35,381 nucleotides of DNA from contig JAQGDQ010001543.1 of the NCBI GenBank assembly GCA_030141605.1, positions 1 to 35,381 of the forward strand, given 5' to 3'. Below the pieces are notes generated by a model, which was not told the DNA's origin, did no database searches, and saw only the letters and a program-made list of their open reading frames with translations. Made by a program: the position numbers and the translations under genes. Positions 11,851 to 25,186 of the stretch are shown piece after piece; position 1 is the stretch's first letter, and every line of letters starts with the position of its first letter. Source of the stretch: Tubiluchus corallicola. Taxonomy: Eukaryota; Animalia; Priapulida.

Positions 11851-13027
11851 TTACATACTACACCGTGGTCACCAATGCGTAATCACAGGTCATTTACAGG
11901 TCAGACGATTGGATATTATATCTGTGTATATGAAATGTGCAGCTTGTCAATTGTTTTCGTCTCCACTAAATAAATTACACAGTTCTTCGTCTTGCTTATT
12001 GCATAATATTTCTCAGTGCTGTAATAATGAGGTATCTCCTGTCTCTAGAGCATTGTCCAAACCCTGTCCAATTTGTCAATCACGGCGCAGCTAATTGCCT
12101 GGGATATTGACGATAATTTGACATTGTTGGAAGTGAATGAAGCATCTTCGAATGAACTCCCTTGGAATTTGACCAGCCGCAATTGTGTACAAATTGCTTT
12201 AGGGTGTCTCCGAGTGGATGCTGCTGCTGATGATGATGATGAAGATTATTCTTGGATAATGAGAATGTGACAGTGAACTTCCGTCAGGTCATCATTTAAG
12301 CGGATGCTCGTCGAAGGTTCATTTTGGTATATTAAGCCTCTTTTTCCTTGCCTCCTTTGGAAGATGCCTTCATCACTTCTTCCTAAATTGTTTGTTAACG
12401 ACAAACGGTTTGTTAAAAGCACTTCTTTTTTGTTGCTCCTTCTGGAATGTTCATGGACTTCCCGACAGGTATAGAACCTACTTATCTGTCTTGTTTTTTT
12501 CCATCGGGCTGCTTGTCTGTGGAAATCTGTTAATTATTTGACATGTGCACAAATTACTACAAAATGCAATAGCTACAAAATACTTTTTAGAGTTATAAAA
12601 ATCAATAGCTATAAAATACTACTTATACTTATAAAAATCAATAAATTTTAACAGCACATGAAATCTATCCCATCTGGCTTCGGGTGTCAGAGATTTCTGT
12701 CTTTCTGGAAGCAAGTGAAGCCAAGCTGTTCGTTGTAGTCTCTGGAGCACCTTAAATCCACGCAGAGACACCCCCTTTCTTAAATTACCACTTTCCTAGA
12801 ACAATAATGACTAAGCCTTCCTGCCTACGTAGTTGATAAACACTTAACTGTGTTGTATTCTTGCTCATAAAATTATGCAGCCACAAATTGCTCTTTAATT
12901 ACCTTTGCTCAGGTGTCATATTACCTGTCTTTATGTTGTCAGCAGAAACATTAGCCGTAAAGCCATTACTTTTACCAGGCTAACTGTAATCTATTTACAT
13001 ACAGATGAAAACCTGCTTAAAAATCGT

Positions 13028-13460
13028 CTATCTGCCTGCCTGCCTGCTTGTCAATCTCTCTTACCTGACTGCCTGCCTGCTTGTCTATCTATCTTACCTG
13101 CCTGCCTGTTTATCTGTCTGTCTGCTGCCTACCTGCCTCCTTGTCTGCTTTCGTGTGTATCTGTTTGCCTACCTGCTTGTCTAGCTGTCTTTCTGTCTAT
13201 TTCTGTGCCTGCCTGCTCATCTGTCGCCTGCCTGTCTGCTTACCTGCCTGCCTGTTTATCTGTCTGCCTGCTTATCTAGCTGTCTGTTTGTCTGCTGCCT
13301 GCTTGCCTCCTTGTCTGCCTGCCTGTTTATCTGTCTGCCTGCTTATCTAGCTGTCTATCTGTCTGCGTGCCTGCTTGTCTAGCTGTCTTCCTGTCTGTCT
13401 GCCTGCCTGTTATCTGTCGCCTGTCTGTCTGTCTACCTGTTTGACTGCCTGTATGTCTTT
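13028..13460. repeat. Degenerate (CTGC/CTGT)n tract
   Basis: Direct; it explains the LPACL ORFs. Confidence 0.9.
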
Positions 13461-14334
13461 CTGCCAATCATTTGAGCACACCCACATCCTGCTTTCCTAG
13501 TTTAGCAGCCAAAAATGTGTCCAAAACAGCACTTTCTGGACATTTTGCTGTACCTAGTAGCTCAAGGTGTACCTACCATAAGAGCCAACATTGCTTCGGG
13601 AGGGTTTAGTTTAGTCCCCGCACCCAATATGGCGTCCAAAGTAGCGCCCACAGTACAGGCTCATTCAGCTAGTAAGCGACAGATTAGCCCTGTCAGATGC
13701 CTTTCATAAGATAATGACGCTAGTTAAATTGCAGAGAAAGCAACAAGAGCAGAATGGCTTCCTTGTAGGATTTCTAGCTTAATTAGAGGGCTTCAGACAA
13801 ACGAAATGAAGAAATGGATTTGTGAAGATTGATTAATGAAAGTGCAAAAGCAAGCGACCTGACGCCTGTCCTAGTAGGAAATCACTTAATTACAAGTTTG
13901 ACTACGGTGCGGTAGCAGATTTCTAGGTACAACAGTCTAATATAAAGAGGTGTTCACACTAGTAACATCTAGGCGGTTCGAGACTGCATCTATCATCTCA
14001 GTAAATAGACGCAATGATGACAATCAGAAATTAAGGAATTTTTCAATTGAAAAAGAGATTTCTACATATAATACGTTTATACATACAATAATAGCAAAGC
14101 AGCAATCAAATGATTCTATCCTCCCACCTGAACCTCCTCCCCCACACTCACTTTCGGATGATCAAAGTTAGTTAATTTTTACACATCTCTAGTGATTTCC
14201 ACCTTAACGAATGAAAACTGATTAAGAAGCGAAGGTCTAGTGTTCCCCTATGCTCCGGGATCCGTTTTTCAATTGTTTTACCTAATTTTCACAATATTCT
14301 TGCATACATGTTATCATATCCAGTTTCGACAGTA

Positions 14335-14733
14335 CAGTAAGTCCTCACTTAACGACTCTAATGTGTTCCAGCAAAATGTGACGTTAAGCGAAACGTCGTT
14401 AAACAAAACCAAGATTTCCGTAGAAACAATGTTAAAGAATTGAAATACTTTCCAGTATCAAAAATCAATGCTGCTTGAATCATATATATATATCAAATGT
14501 TTTTCACATATTTCTACTGATTAATTTCTTTCTGTTTGCTTGAAAGCACCTATCTTTCTTACCAATGTCTAGCAGTCTCTTGAAGCCTATGTATAAAAAA
14601 TGGCTGTGAGAAAGGTAAAACAGTCGTCGTTAAAATGAAATGTGCATCGTTAAGTGAGAAAAAGATGCCAAATGTTCTGCATCGTTAAAACAAAATGTCG
14701 TTAAACGGGGAGTCGTTAAGCGAGAACTTATTG
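14335..14733. mobile_element. Tc1/mariner superfamily, pogo/Tigger-type MITE (399 bp)
   Basis: TA-CAGTAAGTCCTCACTTAACGACTC … GAGTCGTTAAGCGAGAACTTATTG-TA: 24-bp TIR with 3 mismatches and a TA duplication. Internal CGTTAA(G) repeats are present. Confidence 0.9.
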
Positions 14734-15136
14734 TACAATCTTTCTTGTTTAACCCGCAAACATTGGGCCATGAAAACGATTTTCCCTGAAGTCATTAACG
14801 TCAAACCTCACCAATTAATTCCTCATCCAGTGGCATAAACTTGTAGAGTTACCACTCACTTTGATGGATAAACTCAGGCCTTATTACCCTGCCATTTCTC
14901 AGTAATTACCTTGTATGTCAATACACGTTGATTGAGTCTTATTATGGTGCTGTAATAATCATTGCGTGTGTTTACGATGGTGCTGCCGTACATTTACTTG
15001 CATGCAAGCTTGTTATGCTTGCAATATATATTAGTTGAAAGTACTATGACCGACGTGCAAATAAGAGACATCGGTGGTAAATTGGAGTAATTGCAGTCAT
15101 AGAGCTACTCGTATAAAGTCATAGATGTACCTGAGC

Positions 15137-15369
15137 AAACACCTGTCACGTGTCTAGACACACGTAATCCAAATTCTAATCTTAAGGTAGCCTGTATACG
15201 TAACGTATACTGTCGTCAAACACGCACCACTTGTCCAGACGCAACTAATCAAAACTCTAATCCTAAGGTAGCTTATATACGTAACGTACACTGTCGTCAA
15301 ACACGAGTCATTCGTGTACAGACACATGTAATGAAAACTCTAAGCCTAAGCTAGTCTATACACGTAACC
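15137..15369. repeat. ~81 bp tandem repeat, about 3 copies
   Basis: CTAATCYTAAGGTAGCYTRTATACGTAACGTAYACTGTCGTCAAACACG recurs. Confidence 0.85.
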
Positions 15370-15489
15370 GGCAATAAGAAAAACAATGTAAACAACAATA
15401 TAAATAACACTAACTCAATGTCAAAAAATATCAGGTAGCAATAAGCACACCACAAGTAGCAATAAGAGAGACAACATGAATATAATCAG

Positions 15490-15965
15490 TGACAACAAAA
15501 ATAACACCAACAACTATGAAAATAACACAAACAACAACGAAAATAGCATAAACAACAATGAAAATAACACAAACAGCAATGAAAATAACACAAACAACAA
15601 TGCAAGTAACACAAACCACAACGAAAATAACATAAACAACAATGAAAATAACACAAACAATAATGAAAATAACACAAACAATAATGAAAATAACACAAAC
15701 AACAATGAAAATAACACAAACAACAATAAACATAACACAAACAACAATGAAAATGACACAAACCGCAATGCAAATAACACAAACAACAACGCAAGTAACA
15801 CAAACAACAACGAAAATAACATAAACAGCAACGAAAATAACACAAACAAAAAATGAAAATAACACAAACATCAATGAAAATAATACAAACATCAACGAAA
15901 ATAACACAAAAAACAATGAAAATGACACAAACAACAAAGCAAATAACACAAGCAACAATGAAAGT
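15490..15965. repeat. 21-bp minisatellite (ACAAACAACAATGAAAATAAC)
   Basis: Direct; it explains the NNNENNT and VVCVIFI ORFs. Confidence 0.95.
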
Positions 15966-16059
15966 AAAATCAACTAGAATGATAATGCCACTAACAATGA
16001 AAATGACACCAGAGGCAACATGAACCTGGAATGAATACCTAATAAATAGCGACTGACTA

Positions 16060-16450
16060 ATCAACAACAACAGAAATGACACCAGCAGCTACAAAAACAG
16101 CTTCAGTAAAAACAGCAAAAACATTAGCAGTCAACAACAAAAACAGTAGCAGCCAACAGAAAAAACAATAGCACCCAACAGCAAAAACAATAGCACCCAA
16201 CAGCAAAAACAATAGCACCCAACAGCAAAAACAATAGCAGCCAGCAGCAAAAACAATAGCAGCCAACAGCAAAAAGAATAGTGGCCAACAGCGAAAAGAA
16301 TAGCAGTCAACAACAAACACAGTAGCTGCCAAAAACAACAACAACAACAACAGCTAACTGCAATATCAATAGCAGCAACAATAAAAAACTCAATTAACAA
16401 CAAAAACAAAATCAACAACAAACAAGTCCAGCAATAAAAAAACAATGTAA
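16060..16450. repeat. 21-bp minisatellite (CAACAGCAAAAACAATAGCAC) and CAA-rich tract
   Basis: Direct. Confidence 0.9.
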
Positions 16451-16814
16451 AAAAGACGAACAAAAGCAGTGCCCGGTACAATGACAACCATAGCAGCAAC
16501 CTTGAGATCTTCACCAAGATGGCGGCTGTAAAAGTGTAAATATGCTCAGGTGGTGTAGAATTTCTGGAAAAAGCAACTGTGCATTTACATGCAACATTAA
16601 CTGAAATAAATCTGTTTAAGCTTCATAAAGTGTCAGAATGGAACACCCTGGGGGGAAAAGCTTTCGTAAAAAGATCATTTTGCCCGTTATTGTGAAGATT
16701 TATTTTTACTGCATGAGAGTTGCTTGAAAATGTGAAAAAGGTTGCGTTCATTAATCTTACAGTGCTTTATGATGTTGTTATGGACGCTTCTAAATGCTTT
16801 TGTCTTCTAGTAAT

Positions 16815-17220
16815 GGTTGTTGTTGCTGGCATTGATCATATTATTTTTGTTACTTCTCTTGTTTGTGTTATTTGCATTCTTTTGCTGTTTTATTGCTGTT
16901 GCTGGTGCTTGGATTGGTGCTGATATTGTTTTTATTATCTCGTGTTGTTTTATCGTTGCTGGTGTTGTTTTTATTGTTGCGATGTTGTTCGTGTTGTTGT
17001 TGATGTCGTATTTAATGTTCAGATGTTGTTCTTGTTGTTGCTTTTGTTGTATTTATTGCTGAGATGTTGTTCTTGTTGTTGCTGATGTTGTATTTATTGT
17101 TAAGATGTCGTTCTTGTTGTAGCTGATGTTGTTTTTATTGTTGAGATGTTGTCCATGCTGTTGCCGGTGCTGCATTTATTGTTGCGATGTTGTTTTTGTT
17201 GTTGCTGGTGTTGCATTTAT
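16815..17220. repeat. TGT-rich ~39 bp degenerate tandem repeat
   Basis: GATGTTGTTCTTGTTGTTGCTGATGTTGTATTTATTGTT units. Confidence 0.85.
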
Positions 17221-17339
17221 TACTTCCTCTCTAATGAATCCCGCCATACGGCTGCAAATTATTTAGCAAGTCTCAATTGACTTTTTAACAATGATATCGG
17301 AGGTATGAATGCGTTGAGCATAGTTGCAAAGCAGATATC

Positions 17340-17755
17340 GCTTGAATACCGACTTCTTTATTCGATGTGATAATTTGCCCTCCAAATGACGGCACACTAA
17401 AAGGTCAAGTAACGGCCCTGCACTTTAACTTTAGGGGCTTAAAGCTCCAGAACTTTCACAGATAGGCAGTTGGTCTCCGACAATGTCTACAATATTGAAT
17501 GTGATCAATTGACTCTCCAAATTACTGTCCCGGGATACTAATAGGTCAAGTAATGACCCTGTACTTTAGAGACTTAAAACTCCTAAACTTTCACAGATAG
17601 ACAGTTGACTCTCCAAATTACTGTTCCAGGACACAAAAATGTCAAGTAATGACCCTGCCCTTTGGAGGCTTAAAACTCCAAAACTTTCGCAGATAGACAC
17701 ATGATCTCCGACTACATTTACGATATTGAATGTGATGATTCGACTCTCTAAATGA
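17340..17755. repeat. Tandem repeat of ~115-145 bp, about 3 copies
   Basis: GTCAAGTAAYGRCCCTG…CTTAAARCTCC…AACTTTCRCAGATAG at about 17404, 17545 and 17641. Confidence 0.85.
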
Positions 17756-17762
17756 ACTTGGT

Positions 17763-17881
17763 CACTACATAGAAGTTCGGGGTCTTCGATGCTTCGACAT
17801 TGACAATGCAGATGATGAGTGTGATGTTGGAGACGATAGTATGAGAATCACAGTGAACTCCATCAAAAGGTAAAACATCAC
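17763..17881 (-). pseudogene. Degenerate tandem duplicate (pseudo-exon) of the GPCR TM1/ICL1 segment
   Basis: Reads VMFYLLMEFTVIL[-1 nt]TIVSNITLIICIVNVEASKT versus exon VIFYLVVVFTLSVMIIISNTIVIVCIGRFKALRT; 14 of 34 residues identical by hand; period 117 bp. Confidence 0.7.
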
Positions 17882-17885
17882 TTAC

Positions 17886-18099
17886 CTGTTTGTGATGGTC
17901 CTCAGTGCCTTGAAGCGGCCGATGCAGACAATGACAATAGTGTTGGAAATGATGATCATGACACTCAAGGTGAAGACGACGACGAGGTAGAATATCACCT
18001 CGGGAGGCAGCGAAGTGTCTTCTTTCACGGTGATGCTGCCGTCTGAAGGCTTTGCTTCCTGTGCTTCAAGAATCTCCTCAATTGCTTCCATAATCGATT
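17886..18099 (-). CDS. Class A (rhodopsin-like) GPCR exon: N-terminal segment, TM1 and ICL1
   Basis: …EVIFYLVVVFTLSVMIIISNTIVIVCIGRFKALRTITN matches TM1 (G/S)NxxV plus the LRTxTN loop. Acceptor TTTTTACAG| at 18100 and donor CAG|GTAAGT at 17885 (phase 2). Third codon positions are GC-rich. In-frame ATG at 18091. Confidence 0.88.
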
Positions 18100-18244
18100 C
18101 TGTAAAAAGCCACAAGTTTAATAGCTGTTGGCACTTGGAACAAGAGAATCTATTAAAATATACAGAACTCTTTTAAAATCTATTACCACTAATCTATTAA
18201 AGATTTTGAACTTATTTTAAGACGTACGTTATGTCATATGTCAG

Positions 18245-18400
18245 TTCAATTCAATTCAAATTTTTATTTCGGTAACTAACACCATATAAAACACAAATAT
18301 AGTACTAACAGGAAATAAAATACAATGAAATAAAAACTACAAGAGTAAACATATATATACATACAGGGTTAGTGGATTAAAAGCTAAATAAATTTTGGGA
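18245..18400 (-). mobile_element. Possible LINE/SINE 3' end with (TTGAA)n tail
   Basis: Minus strand AATAAAAATTTGAATTGAATTGAA, a tail type common in L2/CR1-group elements; no ORF was recognised. Confidence 0.4.
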
Positions 18401-19129
18401 ACCAACTATGTGCTATTTCATTCTACTTCTCAAAAACCAAGAGCTGGCAGATTTATGTGAGTTAACCTTAGCAATTATAATGCTATTGCAAGTGTACAGT
18501 TGTAACCTGTTGCGAAAGCTATATCTTCTGCGAATGGTGTTATCATACAATGAATCGGAAGTGGTGCTGACAAACCACTGGCGTAGCAGTGTCTAGTTTC
18601 TTGCTGGATTACTGCTGCGTTTACCTGTCTAAGGCAGATTTCTTTTATTTTAGAATTCTGCCTGCCCAATGACTACAATAGACGTTACGGGCTTATGATG
18701 ATGATGATATGATGATTATCATACAATAAAATGAATTTAAAATTTAAAACCTCAGTGAAGCTGTAACTAATCACATAAATACGAAAAACGAAAGGAATGT
18801 GACTTAAATGTGGTAGACACATCAGAAGCACTACAGTCCTACTTTAAGTAAGCGAAACAGTTTTCCGATGCTTGTTGTATGGAATACACAATCTATTTTA
18901 TCGCCTGTAATTAGTCCATAAAGACATACAGTAAACTTTGCAGCAGTAGCTCTTAAATGGCATGATTTTAAAATCATCTGAACTCAGAAAATTTTCTTAT
19001 TAAAGAGCTTATAGGTATATAAAAAAATTTAACAAAAAATTGAAACTATTGCAGAACATTTTATTTCTGTAGTAAATTGTATGCACTATCATCAAATCAA
19101 TCTATTTATTTATCTACTAATATCTACTA

Positions 19130-19457
19130 AGCTAGACAAGTTTTAAGTTAAAAATTCAAATTTACTGTTGTGATCACGCAGAGCTGTCAAACGCGTGCAC
19201 TTCGTCAAAAACTAACACATCTGAACTGAGAGGTACAGCAACTTTTTTGTGCAATGCGTTTCCGAAATGCAGGCACTAGTGCGAATGACAAAATGCATGT
19301 AACAGCGAAGAACTAGTGGGGTGAATGGAAAATTGTGTTTGTGTGGTAACAATGCTTTCACGTAAGTCATTTCAGAAAAAATGTGTGTTTGCTTTCAATG
19401 TTTTAAAAAGCAGATTGCTTTACCCCAAGTTTAAGCTTGGGTTCAGTTTTGCTTTAA
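19130..19457 (+). mobile_element. Family B, right-half copy
   Basis: AACTAACACATCTGAACTGAGAGGTACAGCA…TTTAAGCTTGGGTTCAGTTTTGCTTTAA matches 8680-8879. Confidence 0.8.
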
Positions 19458-19526
19458 AGGAATGTAGTAAACTGCTTACAGGTGAGCTGAGAACACCTAA
19501 GGCATTAATTGTGGCTTCTGTCTAAC

Positions 19527-19616
19527 ATGCATACATACACGCACACACACACACACACATACATACATGCATACGTACATATGCATGCACGCACGCACAC
19601 ACACGCACACACACAC

Positions 19617-19705
<89 letters not shown>

Positions 19706-19715
19706 TGAATACATG
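19527..19715. repeat. (CA)n microsatellite
   Basis: Direct. Confidence 0.98.
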
Positions 19716-20126
19716 CAAACTTTATTTGAAGTCTGTTTTTGCAACATCAGACATCAGCACATGTGCTAATCGTCACAGGCAATAAAGTACGAGCATTAAC
19801 ATTGAATAAACTTGTAGAGGTCAGATCCCAAGGGCATAAGAGCCCACCCACCTAAGCAACAAAGTGACACTCAGAAGTGTTGCTCCAATGATCACATTTA
19901 TTATTATTTTATCAGTAATTATTACCACATGACATGATGAGACGTAAAAGAGATGATCAATTTTTGATTAGCGAGCCGGGCAGCCTGGCGACCGAAGTTG
20001 TGTTTTTCTTTTATTGCCCTTCTTGTTGCAGTTTTTCTCGGTCAACGATCCTCACATTTACAGCTAAGCGAAAATGGTTCTTGGGTTCAGAGGGTGGTGG
20101 CGCTGCACGCTGACATCAGAATAAAC

Positions 20127-20530
20127 TTTAGAGGTGTTTATTACATTGTCGAATTGTTGTACGTCACCAGTACAGAGTGACGTCACCAATGGCTCTGTTT
20201 TACCTCTTTAATGCTGGTTTTTACATTGTCACATTGACGTATGTCACCAGTACAGAATGACTTCACCAGTGGCTCTGTTTTACCTCTTTAATGGTGTTTA
20301 TTACATTGTCAAATTGACGTATGTCACCAGTACAGAGTGACTTCACCAGTGGCTCTGTTTTACCTCTTTAATGGTGTTTATTACATTGACAAATTGACGT
20401 ATTTCACCAGTACAGAGTGACTTCACCAGTGGTTCTGTTTTGCCTCTTTAATGACATTTATTACATTGTAAAATTGACGTACGTTACCAGTGCAAGAGTG
20501 ACGTCACAGTGGTTCTGCTTTACCGCTTTA
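20127..20530. repeat. 80-bp tandem repeat, about 5 copies
   Basis: TTACATTG at 20141, 20221, 20301, 20381 and 20461. Confidence 0.95.
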
Positions 20531-20918
20531 GGGGGCTACCTTGCCTTTTTGTGTAACGTAAATGGACCTTGTGTTGGCAATAATACTGTTAGTGCTGAAA
20601 ATTTACGATATAGTTCAGCATCTGTAGGCGATGTTGTAGCGTAGGAGTATAACGAAACTGCCACAGACGACTTTGTACCATCTGCCCTGACATTCGTAGC
20701 ACCTTCTATAGTAACGCTCACTAAGAAGCCCATGAACACGAGAAGAACTGTGACAGCTTTTTCTGTGTGCTTGTCCAGAAAGGTTGTTAATGTGCAAACG
20801 TCCTACTATGTCTTCCAGCATTCATTTCTCTACTTTCCTGACCCCACAGCAAGGAAAAATAATATATGTGTTATCATGAGGGCACTCATCTTTAAAAAAA
20901 GAAAAATAGTCTATTTCT

Positions 20919-21770
<852 letters not shown>

Positions 21771-22381
21771 ACGTATCGTGACAAGAGAAGAGAAATCTAT
21801 AGCACACAGCAAAGTTTGTTTTTATAATGACACACCTGCATGAAGCTTTGATAGCAGTGAAGCGGTTGCATTTTTCGGGTACCTGTCACTGATAAACACT
21901 AATTAAGATCGGACAGGTGGTGTGACATGTTTTTTACCTTTCCCTGCAACACGCGGCAAACATTAAAGCATTTTCCAATGAGGGCAAATGACTAATGATT
22001 GATTTATTGTCAGAAATGCGAGTTGCACGTAGTACCACCATATTTATGTATTTATTCACATGTAGAAGTTTGAATAAACGTGAAACCTGTGAAAACCCCA
22101 GCAGCAGCGTTTAGGCGAGCGCCATCTGTTGTAAAACTTCCAAAAAACTCTGTCCTCAAGTGTTCTTAATAAACACGACTTTCGCTAAGTGTTTTTTAAA
22201 GCGTCCATTGAGTTTTTATCATGTTACTCCTATGTACTTGTTTGTGTATCAGTTCACCCCCCCCCCCAGATTGGTGGTCCTTTGACCACACTTAAAGCGT
22301 TGAAGCTGGCCCCTTTGCTTTGTGGTCCTTTTACCTGTATAGCAGTTTCGTGTATCGTTTCGCAATTAGCTTTGTAATGAT

Positions 22382-22990
22382 TTAAAGAAAGACAGGATGA
22401 TTTTTCATACACTACACCATTTTCAAGTCCGATAAAAATTATACATTTTAACACACTTAAAACTGCAAAAGCGTCTCTGATAATTGAACAATATTGTTGT
22501 AAGCTTAATTAACGGCGGGCGAGTCCAACTGTTGATGACATCACAAACTAACACAATTCTTCAACAGCAGAAATATTCCGCGAGCGTGTTGCACGTGTTT
22601 GTGAAAGCGAAAATTAAAGTACACTGCTACTGTAAGATATTCAGTGAGTGATACTAAAACTATGAAAGATAAAAATTCAAATTTCGAATTACTGCTGTGC
22701 TCACGCACGTGCTGTTGAACGTGTGCGGTACGTCACAAACGAACACCCCTGAACTGAGATGTACAGCACTTGTTTTTGTGCAATGATGCATTTCCGAAAG
22801 TGCAGGCACTACTGCCCGTCTAACCAGCGAATGGCGAAATGCGTGTAACATCGAAGAACTAGTGGCGTGAACGAGAAATAGTGTAATAATGTGTGGTAAT
22901 AATTCTGTCACGTATTTTGAAAAAAATAGTTTGTATCCTTTCAATATTGTTTTAATCTAAGTTTAAGATTGGATCAGGGTTTTACTTTAA
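22382..22990 (+). mobile_element. Family B, full-length copy
   Basis: TTAAAGAAAGACAGGATGATTTTTCATA … GGGTTTTACTTTAA; colinear with 8338-8879. Confidence 0.85.
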
Positions 22991-23154
22991 TTAAAATTAC
23001 AAATTGATTCAAGTTTCACTGTCATAACCTCTGACCCGACTCTTCACAACAACGTACAGTAAAACAATGTCGATATCGATTCGTTTTTGAATTCTGTCTA
23101 GCCAATCCCCGACGAGCATGCGGGTCACTTCATGATGTACTGGCGATTCATTGA

Positions 23155-23812
23155 CTCTGGCACAACCAGTGTTCTTTTGTCTTGTGGTCTTATGACTTGT
23201 GTTATTGACCCTGGCACAACCAGTGTTCTTTTGTCTTGTGGTCCTATGACTTGTGTTCCTTTCACTGGTGATCCTTTATCTTGTAGTCCTGTGACTTGTG
23301 GTCTTTTGTCTTGTGGTCCTTTCACTGGTGAGCCTTTGTCTTATAGTCCTGTGACTTGTGGTCGTTTGTCTTGTGGTCCTATGACTTGTGGTCATTTGTC
23401 TTGTGGTCCTATGACTTGTGTTCCTTTCACTGGTGAGCCTTTGTCTTATATTCCTGTGATTTGTGGCCCTTTGTCTGGCGATCCTTTGTCTTGTGGCCCT
23501 ATGATTTGTGGTCATTTGACTTGCGGTCCTTTGTCTTGTGGTCCTATGACTTGTGGTGCTTTGACCGGTAACCCTTTGTCTTATGGTGCTTTGACCGGTG
23601 ACCATTTGTCTTGTAGTGTTTTGACTTGTGATCTCTTGGCTGGTGATCCTTTGTCTTGTGGTCCTTTGATTTGTGGTCCTTTGTTTTGCGGTCGTTTGTC
23701 TTGTGGTCCTATGACTTGTGTTCCTTTGGCTTGTGGTCCAATGACTTGTGATCAAATGACTTGTGGTCCTTTGTCTTGTGGTCCTTTGACTTGTGGTCCT
23801 TTGTCAGGTCTT
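23155..23812. repeat. 15-bp minisatellite (TTGTCTTGTGGTCCT / ATGACTTGTGGTCCT)
   Basis: Direct; it explains the CGPLS/CGPMT ORF. A small related patch lies at about 22272-22332. Confidence 0.93.
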
Positions 23813-24237
23813 CCATTGACGGAGAATTAAACGATTTACTTTTTTGCTGTGCAATATTTGCCTTCGTTGCCTGTTGCAATTTTAGACTAATCCATGAAAA
23901 ATGATTCTATCTGGATTGTGTTATATCGCTTGCGGAACAGTCCTCACATATTCCCTGTCAAATCTCACTGGAGCTTTCCCTGTAATCCCGGTAGATTACT
24001 TCCCGCGGGTGAGACGACTGGTTAAACGGAATTTGATACTCGGATTGGATCCGAGATGTCCGTATCTGTGCAGATAATGATGACAGATCAAAAGGTTTTG
24101 CTACTATGAATGGCTTCTTTGGCATGAATGCACCATTCTTTGGCTTCATCACATTGGGTTGATTAGTTGGATATTAAAACTCTGACAAATTAAATTCGCG
24201 GGTCTTGGTTTATTGAAAACGAACCATGCATTTATCA

Positions 24238-24588
<351 letters not shown>

Positions 24589-24592
24589 ATAT

Positions 24593-24905
24593 GTAAATTA
24601 GAAATTTGAATTTTTATCTTAAAACTTGCCTAGTTTTAGTACAACACACTAAATATCATACAGTAACATCGTACTTCTATTTTCACTTTCGTAAACACGT
24701 GCAACACAACGCAATATTTTTGCTGTTGAAAATGATGTTAGTTTGTGATGTCATCAATAGTTGAGCTCGCCCACCGTTAATTAAGTTTTTACTCTTTTAT
24801 TTAATTATCAGAAACGCTTTTGCAGTATTAATCGTGTTAAAATGTATACTTCTTATCGTACTTGAAACTGGAGTAGTGTATAAAAATCATCATGTCTTGC
24901 TTTAA
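24593..24905 (-). mobile_element. Family B, left-half copy, inverted
   Basis: Reverse complement of 22382-22690; ends AAAAATCATCATGTCTTGCTTTAA. Confidence 0.8.
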
Positions 24906-24921
24906 GGCTTTACAGGTGTTA

Positions 24922-25042
24922 TTCCAGTTGGGCTTCTATTGTGCTCATTTCAGTGTAATGTCCAGTTGGGCTTCTATTGTGCTCATTCCAGTGTAATGTC
25001 CAGTTGGGCTTCTATTGTGCTCATTTCAGTGTAATGTCCATC
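24922..25042. repeat. ~38 bp tandem repeat, 3 copies
   Basis: TCCAGTTGGGCTTCTATTGTGCTCATTYCAGTGTAATG three times. Confidence 0.95.
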
Positions 25043-25146
25043 TCCAGCTTAAATTGACCTATTAATCCATTTTCCTTGTCTGCTTTGTGTTAACTCTGCG
25101 TGATATCGAAAGTATCGTATTAAAGTTTTTTGGAATTTGCTTCCCT

Positions 25147-25186
25147 TCTGCAGGGGGCGCTGCGTTAATGAGCTGCCACCTAGTGG
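25147..25186. promoter_or_regulatory. Two convergent CTCF-like motifs
   Basis: Plus strand CTGCAGGGGGCGCTG and minus strand CCACTAGGTGGCAGC, compared with consensus CCASYAGRKGGCRS. Confidence 0.45.

Noticed and set aside
11950-12530. Coding-like composition on the minus strand, a possible downstream GPCR exon
   Set aside because: All frames are interrupted, with no TM segment or class A motif.
15431-17062. Hydrophobic 'membrane protein' and Asn-rich ORFs
   Set aside because: They are translations of 21-bp and 39-bp minisatellites.
20127-20530. Regularly spaced repeats as a possible CRISPR array (also 26762-28257 and 34700-35162)
   Set aside because: Whole units repeat with no unique spacers, there are no cas genes, and the context is eukaryotic.
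20536-20800. Minus-strand frame KHTEKAVTVLLVFMGFLVSV, vaguely like GPCR TM6
   Set aside because: Lacks CWxP, lies upstream of TM1 in transcription order, and has weak splice signals.
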